From the NCBI GenBank assembly GCA_018648865.1, contig JABGQH010000011.1, positions 24,842-88,841 of the forward strand: 64,000 nt of DNA, in the 5' to 3' direction. The position numbers were made by a program, and so were the translations under genes. Below are positions 46,095 through 55,984 of the stretch, one piece after another. The DNA is from Candidatus Peregrinibacteria bacterium (GTDB lineage: Bacteria > Patescibacteriota > Gracilibacteria > Peribacterales > Peribacteraceae). Positions within the stretch are counted from its first letter, which is position 1; each line of letters starts with the position of its first letter. The notes beneath the pieces were generated by a model. That model saw only the letters and a program-made list of their open reading frames with translations, did no database searches and was not told where the DNA came from.

Positions 46095-47396
46095 TTATGA
46101 TCTCTCTTTCACAAGTCTGCTAGCTAGATTAGTAATTGTTCCTGCTCCTAAACATAAAAGCACATCTCCCTCTTTCAAGAAGTCTTTATTTAGATGCTCA
46201 TAAGCTGAATCTAAATCCCCTACTACCTCACATATTGTATTTGAGGTTTTACAAATATCTGATGCAAAATCATTTATATCAACAACATCGCGTTCAATAT
46301 CTTTCCTTGCTTCATATACACTAGAAAGCAATACAATATCTGCATTCTTAAAAGAAGAAATAAATTCATCATAAAAATGTAGTGTTCTTTCATGAGTATG
46401 AGGCTGAAATACACATACTATTCTATTATCAGGATATGACCCCTTTAAGGCATCTAGAGTTGCTTTAACCTCCTTTGGATGATGACCATAATCGTCTATT
46501 ACTGGTATTGATCCATTTATTAGGCCTTTTTGCTCCATCCGCCTCCAACAACCAGAATAACCACTTAATGACGAAGTGTACTCTGTAGTATTTATAGAAA
46601 GATGATCCGAAAGAGCTAATACAAGTTGACCATTCTCTTGCATATGTCTGCCAGGAGTAGATAGGTCAATTAATGGGTAAGCATCTGCATCTATAATTTT
46701 TCTATCTATGCCTTCTACAAGCTTCTTGCATTGAAGATCTTCCATATGGGTAATAACAATTCCATCTTCTGGTAAAGATTTTAAAAAGATATTAAAAGCT
46801 TCGCGGTATTCATCAATATCTGAAAAAGCATCAAAATGATCCCCATCCACATTAGTCATCAATATTATATCAGGGGACAAATTATGGAATGACCTCCTGT
46901 ATTCACAGGCTTCTAGTAAAAATATATTACTATCACCATGTCTCCAGTTTTTTCCATCAAACTCTTTTAATTTAGTACCAACTACTACGGTTGGATCTAT
47001 GCCACACTCCGTTAAGACTTTTGAAGCCATAGCAACCGTAGAAGATTTCCCATGTGTACCACACACAGCTATAACGAATGAGTCTTTCGATAAATCCCCC
47101 AAAGCATTAGCATAAGATTTCTGAGGGATATCAAACTTTGTAGCAGCCATTCGTTCAAGGGCGTCTTTTGGAATAGCCTCAGAATAAACAAAGAGATCAA
47201 TATCTTCAGAGATATTCGATCCATCTTGATTAAGATTGACTGTAATCCCCTGAGACCTAAGATCATTTAATAATTCACTATCTGATCTGTCACTTCCCAA
47301 AATTTCATGACCAGCAGCATTTTGCAAAGATGCATATGCACTTAAGCCAATACCACCTATTCCGGAGCAATATATTTTCATGTAAATATTGTACAT
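46095..47396 (-). CDS. murC: UDP-N-acetylmuramate--L-alanine ligase
   Basis: GIGGIGLSAYA and CGTHGKSST P-loop motifs, with Mur ligase domain order. The start may be the Met at 47381. Confidence 0.9.
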   Translation of the reverse strand: MYNIYMKIYCSGIGGIGLSAYASLQNAAGHEILGSDRSDSELLNDLRSQGITVNLNQDGSNISEDIDLFVYSEAIPKDALERMAATKFDIPQKSYANALGDLSKDSFVIAVCGTHGKSSTVAMASKVLTECGIDPTVVVGTKLKEFDGKNWRHGDSNIFLLEACEYRRSFHNLSPDIILMTNVDGDHFDAFSDIDEYREAFNIFLKSLPEDGIVITHMEDLQCKKLVEGIDRKIIDADAYPLIDLSTPGRHMQENGQLVLALSDHLSINTTEYTSSLSGYSGCWRRMEQKGLINGSIPVIDDYGHHPKEVKATLDALKGSYPDNRIVCVFQPHTHERTLHFYDEFISSFKNADIVLLSSVYEARKDIERDVVDINDFASDICKTSNTICEVVGDLDSAYEHLNKDFLKEGDVLLCLGAGTITNLASRLVKERS

Positions 47397-47462
47397 GTGA
47401 ATTATTTTTTTATAATTAAAACTAGAACTATTTAATATAAATATTCTGTTACAATTACTAAT

Positions 47463-47912
47463 GTGTCATATAGAAAACTTGAACCATTATCTAGGCAAGT
47501 AACAATCATTATAGGACTTGGAGTTGTTAGCTTTATGGCATTTGGTCTAGCTGTTTCCTTTTATAGAAATACTCTTTTTGAACAAACTCTAAATAATATA
47601 GAAGATCAAAATGATCAATTATTAGGAGATATAGAACAAGGATATAGAGACCTAGAATATTTCACTTCTACTCAATACAAAGACAAATATGCAAAAGAGA
47701 ATTTAAATCTAATTAACCAAGGAGAGAAAACTCTTCTAATAGCTAAAGAGAATTTAGAAGTAGAGATAGGAATGTTAGATAGAAACGGAATACTAGATGA
47801 GCAAAGGGAGGCAAAATATTTTGAATTACTAAGGCAAATGCCAATAATTGAACATTGGAAATTGTATCTATTCTACAAAGAAAAAATCGAAGGACTTAAG
47901 CAGTCATTGTAA
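47463..47912 (+). CDS. FtsB/DivIC-like septum formation initiator
   Basis: Single TM helix plus a coiled coil, and a motif YKDKYAKENLNLINQGEK resembling the conserved DivIC/FtsB C-terminal box. Confidence 0.5.
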   Translation: MSYRKLEPLSRQVTIIIGLGVVSFMAFGLAVSFYRNTLFEQTLNNIEDQNDQLLGDIEQGYRDLEYFTSTQYKDKYAKENLNLINQGEKTLLIAKENLEVEIGMLDRNGILDEQREAKYFELLRQMPIIEHWKLYLFYKEKIEGLKQSL

Positions 47913-47993
47913 GTATTAGGCAAGATATTAACTCCGATATATAAAATAAGCTGCAGTTACAAGCGAATACAAACTAGGTTCTGTGAGCTTTAA

Positions 47994-48071
<78 letters not shown>

Positions 48072-48129
48072 CGTAGCGAAAGCATTGTAGTGAATCAGAG
48101 AAGAAAAACAAGAAATACGAGTAAAAACC

Positions 48130-48157
48130 TTGCTTTACGAGCTAATATCCTTACAAT
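48130..48157 (+). promoter_or_regulatory. candidate sigma70-type promoter giving a near-leaderless rpmA mRNA
   Basis: TTGCTT, 16 nt, TACAAT. The -10 element ends 9 nt before the rpmA ATG, with no Shine-Dalgarno between them. Confidence 0.35.
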
Positions 48158-48166
48158 TTCTCTACT

Positions 48167-48442
48167 ATGGCACATAAGAAAGCAGGTGGATCAACAAGCA
48201 ACGGCAGAGATAGCAATGCGAAACGCAGAGGAGTTAAACGCTTTGGCGGACAAACCGTATCTGCAGGAGAGGTATTAGTACGACAAAAAGGATTCAAATT
48301 CAGACCAGGAGACAACACTCACCTTGGTACTGACTGGACAATTCATTCTAATATTGATGGAAAAGTAAGCTTTTCACAAAAGAGAATGCTTAAATTTGAT
48401 GGTAAAAGAGAGAAAAGCACTTTTATACACGTAACTGCTTAA
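48167..48442 (+). CDS. rpmA: 50S ribosomal protein L27
   Basis: [24 protein letters not shown]... is canonical L27. Confidence 0.95.
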   Translation: MAHKKAGGSTSNGRDSNAKRRGVKRFGGQTVSAGEVLVRQKGFKFRPGDNTHLGTDWTIHSNIDGKVSFSQKRMLKFDGKREKSTFIHVTA

Positions 48443-48467
48443 GTCTATCTATATATAGATAGATCTT

Positions 48468-48770
48468 ATGGATATTTCTCATATATGTTTTTTATGGTAT
48501 AATATATATGTGAAATCCAAAAATAACTGCAGATCTATAGTAAATACTATTAGTAATGCCTATAAAGACCACGTTGAGCATGGACATCCAATTATTACAT
48601 CAATAGTAGTAGCTACTGGGATCGTAGCGTTTTGGCGAGGTTTATGGGGCATTTTGGATATATATCTGTATCCGAGTAACAAAACTGCTAGCTATCTATT
48701 ATCTATAGGGCTAGGAGTGTTACTACTAATCCTGCATGATGGATGGAGACGGATAAAGGAGCTTGAATAA
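48468..48770 (+). CDS. hypothetical small membrane protein
   Basis: 100-aa ORF with two predicted TM helices. The start is uncertain. Confidence 0.4.
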   Translation: MDISHICFLWYNIYVKSKNNCRSIVNTISNAYKDHVEHGHPIITSIVVATGIVAFWRGLWGILDIYLYPSNKTASYLLSIGLGVLLLILHDGWRRIKELE

Positions 48771-48776
48771 TATTCA

Positions 48777-49523
48777 TTGAATCAATTGATTAGTTACTTC
48801 ACTGATCGAGTATTTCGCTGCTACAATTTACTTATGTCTGAACTAGGAGGAATGGAAGGCTTTTCACCTGAAGATGGAATAGCAGGTGCACCAGAAGAAT
48901 TAAGCGAGGAAGCAAAAGAAAGATTTGCTGCAAGTGCAGCAGCTATTAAACAAATTCGAAAAGAAGAAAAGCAAAGCAAAAAGAGAGACGACAAAGTCGC
49001 ACAAATTATTATTAATTTTTTGAGTGATGATAAATATGCACATGTATTTGTATTAATTTCACGTCTAGTTGCGCGAAATTGTCCAAGCATTTTTGTGCTA
49101 GCAATTCTTTCGCTAATCCATCAGGAATCGAAACAAGAAATACAATCATATATTGATGGAGCAATAAATAAATCTGTTTTGGAGTCTTTTGATAACAGCT
49201 TACAATTAATGAAGTCTCAACAATTAGACCAAAAGATGCATCAAGATTTATTTGAGTGGATAACTTGTATGCAAATGACACTGGCAGTTAAGCCAGATGA
49301 AATACTAGTAAAACTTATGATAGATGATAAAAATATAGATGGGTCCGTATTACAGTTAACTACATTCATTCTTCAAAACTATTTCCTAGATCAGAAGAAG
49401 AATCTTGAATTTAAGAAAGCACAGCCGCTTACAGCAAGTATATTGCAATCTGTATTTGAACCATTTATGAATCAAGCAAGAAAAACACTACTAAAAAACA
49501 AGAAAGAGAAGAATGAAGAATAG
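48777..49523 (+). CDS. hypothetical protein
   Basis: 248-aa ORF with a TTG start in the track. An alternative Met lies at 48834. Confidence 0.5.
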   Translation: MNQLISYFTDRVFRCYNLLMSELGGMEGFSPEDGIAGAPEELSEEAKERFAASAAAIKQIRKEEKQSKKRDDKVAQIIINFLSDDKYAHVFVLISRLVARNCPSIFVLAILSLIHQESKQEIQSYIDGAINKSVLESFDNSLQLMKSQQLDQKMHQDLFEWITCMQMTLAVKPDEILVKLMIDDKNIDGSVLQLTTFILQNYFLDQKKNLEFKKAQPLTASILQSVFEPFMNQARKTLLKNKKEKNEE

Positions 49524-49526
49524 AAC

Positions 49527-51338
49527 CTAGCGCTTTAGAACACTCAAAAATGCATCTTGGGTAAGAGTCACCTTTCCCATTTGCTTTAATCTTTTCTTAC
49601 CTTTCTTTTGTTTTTGCAATTGTTTTCTTTTTCTAGAAACATCTCCTCCATATAGGCCACTCGTTACATCTTTTCTAAATGCAGAAAGTGTTTCACGAGC
49701 AACGACTTTTGAATTTATAGCAGCCTGAATAGGAATTTGATATTGAGCTTTTGGCAAGACTTCCTTCAATTTCTTGCAAATGATACTACCAACTGAATTT
49801 GCCTCTGATCTATGAACAATAGAACTTAGTGCACCAGCTGACTCACCAAGTAGCAGAATATCTAATTTAACCAGATCGCCTGTCTTATACCCCATAGGCT
49901 CATAACTCATAGATGCATATCCTGCAGTCGTAGATTTTAGTCTATCAAAGAAATCCAAGACAATACTCTGTAGAGGCATCTCAAAATGCAACAGTATCCT
50001 ATCCATTTCTAGATACTCCATAGAAGTCTGCACACCTCTGCGATCTTGTGTGAGGGTCATTACAGCCCCTACATCTTGATTCCTACAAAGAATTTCCATT
50101 TTGACCCATGGCTCTCTAGTTTCACAAATATGAGTAGGGTCAGGGAAATCAGCGGGGTTACTAATAAGAGCCACATCTTTTTCATCATCTTTTAATAAAC
50201 TTGTTCTAATAATTTCTCCTGCATTCTTTACTTGAAGTTTAACTTCATACAAAACACTAGGAGCAGTAATTACCAAATTACAGTCATGCTCCCTTTCAAG
50301 TCGCTCCTGAACAATATCCATATGCAACAAGCCTAAGAATCCAACACGAAATCCATTTCCAAGAGCAACGTTCCTTTCTGGTTCAACATTCAAAGCTGCA
50401 TCATTTAAAGATAGCTTTTCTAATGATTCTCTCAAAAGTGGATAATCGTCAGCCTCAGAAGGATACAGCCCTGCAAAAACCATTGGCTGTACAACCTTAT
50501 AACCAGGTAATGGTTTGGAATCAGGATTAGAACTAATTGTATCCCCTGTTCTAACTTCTGTAACTTCTTTACCGCCTGTCACTACATAACCGATTTCTCC
50601 ACAAGAGAGTGATGAATCCGAAACATATTTAGGAGAAAAATGTCCAAGATCAAGAACATCAAATTGGGCACCAGTTTTTAAACAGTTAATTTTTTGCCCC
50701 TTCTTAAGTGTTCCATCAACCATACGGACGTAAGCAACTGTACCTCTGTATTTGTCCATAACTGCGTCAAAGATTAACGCTCTTGTACCACTACTATTAA
50801 TATTTTCAGGTGGCTTAACCCTATCTATTACAGCCTCAAGAACTTCTTTTACTCCGCTACCATCCTTCGCAGAAATTTTAAGTATATCCTCCTTTTTACA
50901 TCCAACTAGATTAACAACTTCTTCACTAACCCGCTCTGGATCTGCTGCTGGTAAATCAATCTTATTTAATACAGGAATAATCGTTAGGTCATGCTCCATC
51001 GCCATATAAAGAACAGCGATAGTCTGAGCTTGAATACCTTGAGCTGCATCTACTAGCAAAATTGCACCTTCACATGCAGCTAAACTTCTACTTACTTCGT
51101 ACCTGAAATCTGTATGACCAGGAGTATCAATTAGATTTAATTGGACATCATTAAATCGCATCCTAACTGGCTGCAATTTAATTGTAATTCCCCTCTCTCT
51201 TTCTAGCTCCATAGAATCCAGTAGCTGTGCTTTCATCTCTCGCTTTTGCAATGTACCTGTTTGCTCAATCATACGATCAGCCAAAGTAGATTTGCCGTGA
51301 TCAATATGTGCGATGATGCAAAAATTACGAATGTCCAT
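49527..51338 (-). CDS. lepA: translation elongation factor 4
   Basis: NFCIIAHIDHGKSTLADR, DTPGHTDF and NKIDL G-motifs, plus the LepA-specific C-terminal domain. Confidence 0.95.
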   Translation of the reverse strand: MDIRNFCIIAHIDHGKSTLADRMIEQTGTLQKREMKAQLLDSMELERERGITIKLQPVRMRFNDVQLNLIDTPGHTDFRYEVSRSLAACEGAILLVDAAQGIQAQTIAVLYMAMEHDLTIIPVLNKIDLPAADPERVSEEVVNLVGCKKEDILKISAKDGSGVKEVLEAVIDRVKPPENINSSGTRALIFDAVMDKYRGTVAYVRMVDGTLKKGQKINCLKTGAQFDVLDLGHFSPKYVSDSSLSCGEIGYVVTGGKEVTEVRTGDTISSNPDSKPLPGYKVVQPMVFAGLYPSEADDYPLLRESLEKLSLNDAALNVEPERNVALGNGFRVGFLGLLHMDIVQERLEREHDCNLVITAPSVLYEVKLQVKNAGEIIRTSLLKDDEKDVALISNPADFPDPTHICETREPWVKMEILCRNQDVGAVMTLTQDRRGVQTSMEYLEMDRILLHFEMPLQSIVLDFFDRLKSTTAGYASMSYEPMGYKTGDLVKLDILLLGESAGALSSIVHRSEANSVGSIICKKLKEVLPKAQYQIPIQAAINSKVVARETLSAFRKDVTSGLYGGDVSRKRKQLQKQKKGKKRLKQMGKVTLTQDAFLSVLKR

Positions 51339-51537
51339 AAATAAGAATTAGAATGTAAACCTGTGCGACTCGTCCGCCGAAGACTCCGAACGAAGTGAGG
51401 AGCGAAGGTGGATGATGCAAAAATTACGAATGTCCATAAATAAGAATTAGAATGTAAACCTGTGCGACTCGTCCGCCGAAGACTCCGAACGAAGTGAGGA
51501 GCGAAGGTGGATGATGCAAAAATTACGAATATCCATA
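51312..51537. repeat. 99-bp tandem duplication carrying the lepA start (two exact copies plus a 27-bp partial third)
   Basis: Units at 51312-51410 and 51411-51509 are identical. The partial third copy starts at 51510. Confidence 0.9.
51348..51536 (-). promoter_or_regulatory. two decoy uORFs upstream of lepA created by the duplication
   Basis: Minus-strand ATGs at 51536 and 51437 each open MDIRNFCIIHLRSSLRSESSADESHRFTF*. The second stops 9 nt before the lepA ATG. Confidence 0.5.
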
Positions 51538-51616
51538 CAAAAACAGATTACATAGAATTAATAGAAAATGCGATCAAATAGACGAAAGAGTCTAATTTAT
51601 AAAAGAATTTGAGTAA

Positions 51617-52597
51617 TTATTTAGAGAATTTTGAAAGCGCTTCGCCTAAGCTAGATTCAGCTTCATTAACTAATTCATTTAAATATTGCCTGCGATTATT
51701 TAATGGAATTTCTCTTAGTAGATTAGCTAAAGATTGAATCTTATCATTATTTTCCTGAGGAACAGAAAGTAATTCTCTACCCAAGGCAATTGCTGCAATT
51801 GCACCATGGTATCTCTGAGTTATAACAAAGGAACCCTTTTGAATATTATTAACTAAATCAATGAGAGTTGGTGTTGGTATTATCTTTGATGGGATTTTAA
51901 TTGAACTCTGTAAATCATTACATAATTTCATTTCATCAACATTTTTTGGCTGCATAGAAAGAATAATTACCTCACTCCATCTATTAGAATCTAAGAGTAA
52001 ATCTAATGATTTTTTAAACTCAGTATTAGAGTTTCTCCTAGGGATTACAATAAGTACGTTATTTGATGTCAGATCAAATTCCTTTTTCTCTATGAGGGAA
52101 ATTACAGGATCAAAAGACTGAATCACCTTCTTATCTAATCCCCAAGAATTAATTCTTTCATACGAATCAGGATCTCTAACAGAAATATATGTCGAGTGGT
52201 TTACAACCCATCTTGCTAAAAACTCCCCTCTTTTTGTTTTAAAAGGACCTATACCCTGAAAAGCAAGAATTATTGGTTTACGGAATATCCAAGCCCAAAA
52301 TGCCTGTATCCACCAGATTAAACATGCCTTACTAGATTCAACATCAGTAAATAAAGACCCACCCCCAAAAACTATTCCATCTGATTTAATCAGAGCAAAT
52401 ATTGTACGAATCCAAGAGAACTTAAAAAAAGATCTAAAGCCAGATGGAAATCTAGAATATTCACTGCATCTTTTTGGCGCTGATGATAAAAGAATCCAAT
52501 TTACAGATGGATATTGCTTATAAAAATAAGACATAAGAGCCTCATCACCCAAATTTTCTTCGCCATAATTTCCAACAAGCAAAAAACGCATATCCAC
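51617..52597 (-). CDS. polysaccharide pyruvyl transferase (CsaB-like)
   Basis: N-terminal LLVGNYGEENLGDEAL and C-terminal QRYHGAIAAIALG motifs typical of the pyruvyl transferase family. Confidence 0.7.
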   Translation of the reverse strand: MDMRFLLVGNYGEENLGDEALMSYFYKQYPSVNWILLSSAPKRCSEYSRFPSGFRSFFKFSWIRTIFALIKSDGIVFGGGSLFTDVESSKACLIWWIQAFWAWIFRKPIILAFQGIGPFKTKRGEFLARWVVNHSTYISVRDPDSYERINSWGLDKKVIQSFDPVISLIEKKEFDLTSNNVLIVIPRRNSNTEFKKSLDLLLDSNRWSEVIILSMQPKNVDEMKLCNDLQSSIKIPSKIIPTPTLIDLVNNIQKGSFVITQRYHGAIAAIALGRELLSVPQENNDKIQSLANLLREIPLNNRRQYLNELVNEAESSLGEALSKFSK

Positions 52598-52637
52598 ACT
52601 ATACAGACAAATAATAAATCATCATCCTGTTTAGAGG

Positions 52638-53246
52638 TTACTCACTTTTCTCTTCTGATTCTTCCTCTTTAGCAGGTTCCTCTTTTGCTTCTTCTACTGG
52701 AGCCTCTTCAACCTTTTTCTCGGCTGCTGGCTCTTCTACTGTAGTTTCAGCAGGTTGTTCTTCCTTTTTTGGAGTCTCTTCAGAAGTTTCTACTTTTTCT
52801 TCTACAGCTTCTTCTATTACCTCCTCTATTACATCCTGCTCTGTATCTACCTTGTCTTCTTCTTTTTCTACTGCAACAGCAAATTCATCTGCAGTAGTAA
52901 AGCGCTCACTCAAACGTGCTGCCTTACCACGGCGACCACGTAAGAAGAAAAGCTTTGCTCTGCGTACTTTAGCAACCTTCTTAATCTCAATTTTCTCAAT
53001 TTTTGGTGAATGCAGTGGAAAGATCTTTTCTACTCCAATGCCAGATGCAATTCTACGAACAGTAAATGTAGAATCTGTAGGAGTCATTCCCTTGTGTACA
53101 GAAATAACTAATCCTTCAAATATCTGAACCCTCTCTTTATTACCTTCCTGGATACGTTCATGTACACGAACTGTATATCCTGGGCGGATTTCTGCCCTAG
53201 GCTTTACAAATTGAGCCGACTGATCACGTAATAATTGAGATGTCAT
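52638..53246 (-). CDS. rplS: 50S ribosomal protein L19 with about 85-aa acidic C-terminal extension
   Basis: A canonical L19 core ([26 protein letters not shown]) is followed by an E/K/A/V-rich tail. Confidence 0.9.
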   Translation of the reverse strand: MTSQLLRDQSAQFVKPRAEIRPGYTVRVHERIQEGNKERVQIFEGLVISVHKGMTPTDSTFTVRRIASGIGVEKIFPLHSPKIEKIEIKKVAKVRRAKLFFLRGRRGKAARLSERFTTADEFAVAVEKEEDKVDTEQDVIEEVIEEAVEEKVETSEETPKKEEQPAETTVEEPAAEKKVEEAPVEEAKEEPAKEEESEEKSE

Positions 53247-53333
53247 AGCTGCGAAAGATTATAGACCTAAGCGCCCTTTGTAAAGAAAATACACGCGGAT
53301 TATGCACTGATTAAATAATTTAATAATTTTAGT

Positions 53334-53924
53334 TTATTTCTCCTTTGCTTCGTTGATTTCCTTAGCAATTACATTATGTACAATCAAATGACGAGGATCT
53401 GAAATAATATCTCTTATAAACCTATCTTGTAGACTCAGGCGGTATAAGAAGTCCGCACGAGAGAATATTGAATACTTCATATTCTTTAAGCTTGAATCCT
53501 GTAAAAGTAGTGCTTCTAGCATCTCCTTCTTTATATCCCCTACGACAAGCAGGTCTACTTTGCATTCTGTCCCAACAAAAGAACCAGCAAGTAAAATCAG
53601 ATCTATATCTGACAATTTGCGCAAACTGCTAACAATTGGGCTTTCTGATTGAATTTCTTTAGCAAATATACCTCTTAGTTCCGTATATAACGCAAAATCT
53701 GGATCTACACGATAATATTTCTTCCTATTTCTGTGTCTTGCTCTAACTAAACCAATACGACGAAGGTTTTCTAATTCTCTTCGAACAGAGTTAATTTGTT
53801 CATGTAACAAACGAGTAAGTTCACGAATGTAAAATTCCTCCTCTGGGTGTAATAGAAAAGTGGAGAGTAATTTCACTCTCGTTTGGGATGAGAACAATGC
53901 TTTAAGAATCGGAGATATCGCCAT
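53334..53924 (-). CDS. winged-helix (ArsR-like) transcriptional regulator with extra C-terminal domain
   Basis: N-terminal FYIRELTRLLHEQINSVRRELENLRRIGLV is a typical wHTH recognition region. Confidence 0.55.
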   Translation of the reverse strand: MAISPILKALFSSQTRVKLLSTFLLHPEEEFYIRELTRLLHEQINSVRRELENLRRIGLVRARHRNRKKYYRVDPDFALYTELRGIFAKEIQSESPIVSSLRKLSDIDLILLAGSFVGTECKVDLLVVGDIKKEMLEALLLQDSSLKNMKYSIFSRADFLYRLSLQDRFIRDIISDPRHLIVHNVIAKEINEAKEK

Positions 53925-54229
53925 ATATGATAGGAGCTAATTTATTCTTGTGCACAAACTGTACTCATGAGTATATAGATAGCGCAAGAAAAGTGCTCAG
54001 TATATTGTATATTTTTTTTATTCAAGTATTCGGCTTAAAATAAGCACTTAGCTTGAATTCCATCATTATTGGCACATATTGTGAACAATTTTTATACTCA
54101 CATAGGAACACAAAATGTGTTCTAAAGACATATATTCTTTACAATCTGAATATTCAACACAAACAAAGCTTAATCATTACAAATGAGTCAAGTATTGTTA
54201 AAAAGGCTAAAATTTGCTATACTTATCTG

Positions 54230-55972
54230 ATGTCTATAAAAACAAAATCCATTTATGCAATAGGAGCTCTAGTATTTTTAATAGCTGTTATTGCTACAAA
54301 AGAAACTTCTATTCTTTCTATCCCTGTTGCTCATGCAGAATCTCCATTTGATTTAATTGAGGAGATACAAGGAAAAGGAGCTTTGATTATTGAAGTGTTG
54401 GTTGCCGCAACATTTATTATTTATCCAATAATCACAGTATTGTTGGATCCTCAATTTTTTATAGATATCCTAAGAGAAGATGATATATTGACAATATGGC
54501 AATTATCAAGAGATATTATGAATGTAATATTTGCATTCATGTTAATAGGTGGAGCTATGGCAACTGTAGTAATGGCAAATCAAGAGTATTTAAAAAAATA
54601 TGCGCTAAAATTCTTATTAGGAATTATATTAGTTAATTTCTCTTGGTTCTTTCCTAGGGTGATATTGGATGTGAGTAATGTTGTAACAGCTAATATTTAT
54701 CAGCTACCAAGTATTGTAGGAACAACATGTGAATATAGGGAAAAAGATGGAACAATGAGTGATTGCAAATTTCCATCAAAGTTTTTATATTTCCCTACTG
54801 ACGACCAATTAAATGATATAAGAACACATACACCCAGTAGCATATATAACAATTATCAATGTATATCTGACAATATATGTTATTTACCTCAATCTCTTGT
54901 AAATGACACAAATATTCCTAGTGGAATACTGGCAGGGCTAGCAATGAATCACGCTAGAATCCCCGAAATGAATAAGGTTATGAATAGCTTACCTACAGAA
55001 TGGGAAAGAATGGATGCAAATATGATTCAACAATTAATTTCTCAAATTATTAGATTGGGGCTGCAATTTATATTAGTAATGTTTATTGCATTAATACTAA
55101 TTGGGATGGCTGTTGCATTGCTTGTACGGATACCAATACTTTGGATAACAATGGCATTTATGCCACTTATGTTTATAAGTTTTGTTTTAGGGGATCTACT
55201 GCCTACAGACTTTAATACTATGCAATTGATATTTAAGAAATTTGTGCATGCAGCATTTTTGCCGGCAGTACTTGCAGTACCATTATCAGTTGGGTTCATA
55301 CTTATTAATGGGCTAGCAAACTCCACTGCTCCAGATTCAGCAATAATGCTTTCAGATAGCCTAGGGCCAATTCTACCAGGGGTAAACGACTTATGGGAAT
55401 TCTTATGGGTTCTAGTAACCATCGTGGTTATGTGGAAAGGATTCAAGGCAGCGCTTAAGGTTGATTCTATATTCGAACAGGCAACATCTGGTATTACAGG
55501 TATTGGTGACAACATAGGAAAACTTGCTATGAATGCACCATTAAGTATACCTATTATTCCAATGGGTAAAGATGCCAATGGTAAAGATATAAATATATCA
55601 TTAGGCGCCGCTAAAACTAAACTGAATGCGCTCCAATACGCTGCAGGCTCTGGTAGGCTTGTAGAAGAGGTTAGAGGCGGCTTAGGTGGTGGCAGTGGAA
55701 CAACAAACAATATAAATCATGTAGTTGTTAATACAGCTGTTAACACAGCAGTAAGCAGCGCAATTACAGCATCAAATGGTAACGTACTTTCAGAAACAGA
55801 TTTGAATGCAATAGTAATTGCAATGCGAAATGCTAACAGAAACAATCCTGAAAATATAAATGACACAATGATGTCCGATAGAATATACGATCTTTTGCTG
55901 GCTCAAAACGTAAATGCAAGTCAAATTGAAAGAGATAACATAAATGCAGCATTAGCAAGTAATCCAAATTAA
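54230..55972 (+). CDS. hypothetical polytopic membrane protein
   Basis: Start set at the Met preceding the first TM helix (MSIKTKSIYAIGALVF...); the track ORF starts at 54053. There are about 7-8 TM helices and a Gly/Asn-rich C-terminal tail. Confidence 0.6.
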   Translation: MSIKTKSIYAIGALVFLIAVIATKETSILSIPVAHAESPFDLIEEIQGKGALIIEVLVAATFIIYPIITVLLDPQFFIDILREDDILTIWQLSRDIMNVIFAFMLIGGAMATVVMANQEYLKKYALKFLLGIILVNFSWFFPRVILDVSNVVTANIYQLPSIVGTTCEYREKDGTMSDCKFPSKFLYFPTDDQLNDIRTHTPSSIYNNYQCISDNICYLPQSLVNDTNIPSGILAGLAMNHARIPEMNKVMNSLPTEWERMDANMIQQLISQIIRLGLQFILVMFIALILIGMAVALLVRIPILWITMAFMPLMFISFVLGDLLPTDFNTMQLIFKKFVHAAFLPAVLAVPLSVGFILINGLANSTAPDSAIMLSDSLGPILPGVNDLWEFLWVLVTIVVMWKGFKAALKVDSIFEQATSGITGIGDNIGKLAMNAPLSIPIIPMGKDANGKDINISLGAAKTKLNALQYAAGSGRLVEEVRGGLGGGSGTTNNINHVVVNTAVNTAVSSAITASNGNVLSETDLNAIVIAMRNANRNNPENINDTMMSDRIYDLLLAQNVNASQIERDNINAALASNPN

Positions 55973-55984
55973 TAAATATAACAA

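Noticed and set aside
51312-51537. The possibility that the 99-bp repeats, or the 309-bp repeats at 30961-32330, are a CRISPR array.
   Set aside because: The units are directly abutting with no unique spacers, they are far longer than CRISPR repeats, and one set is in-frame coding sequence. No cas genes are present.
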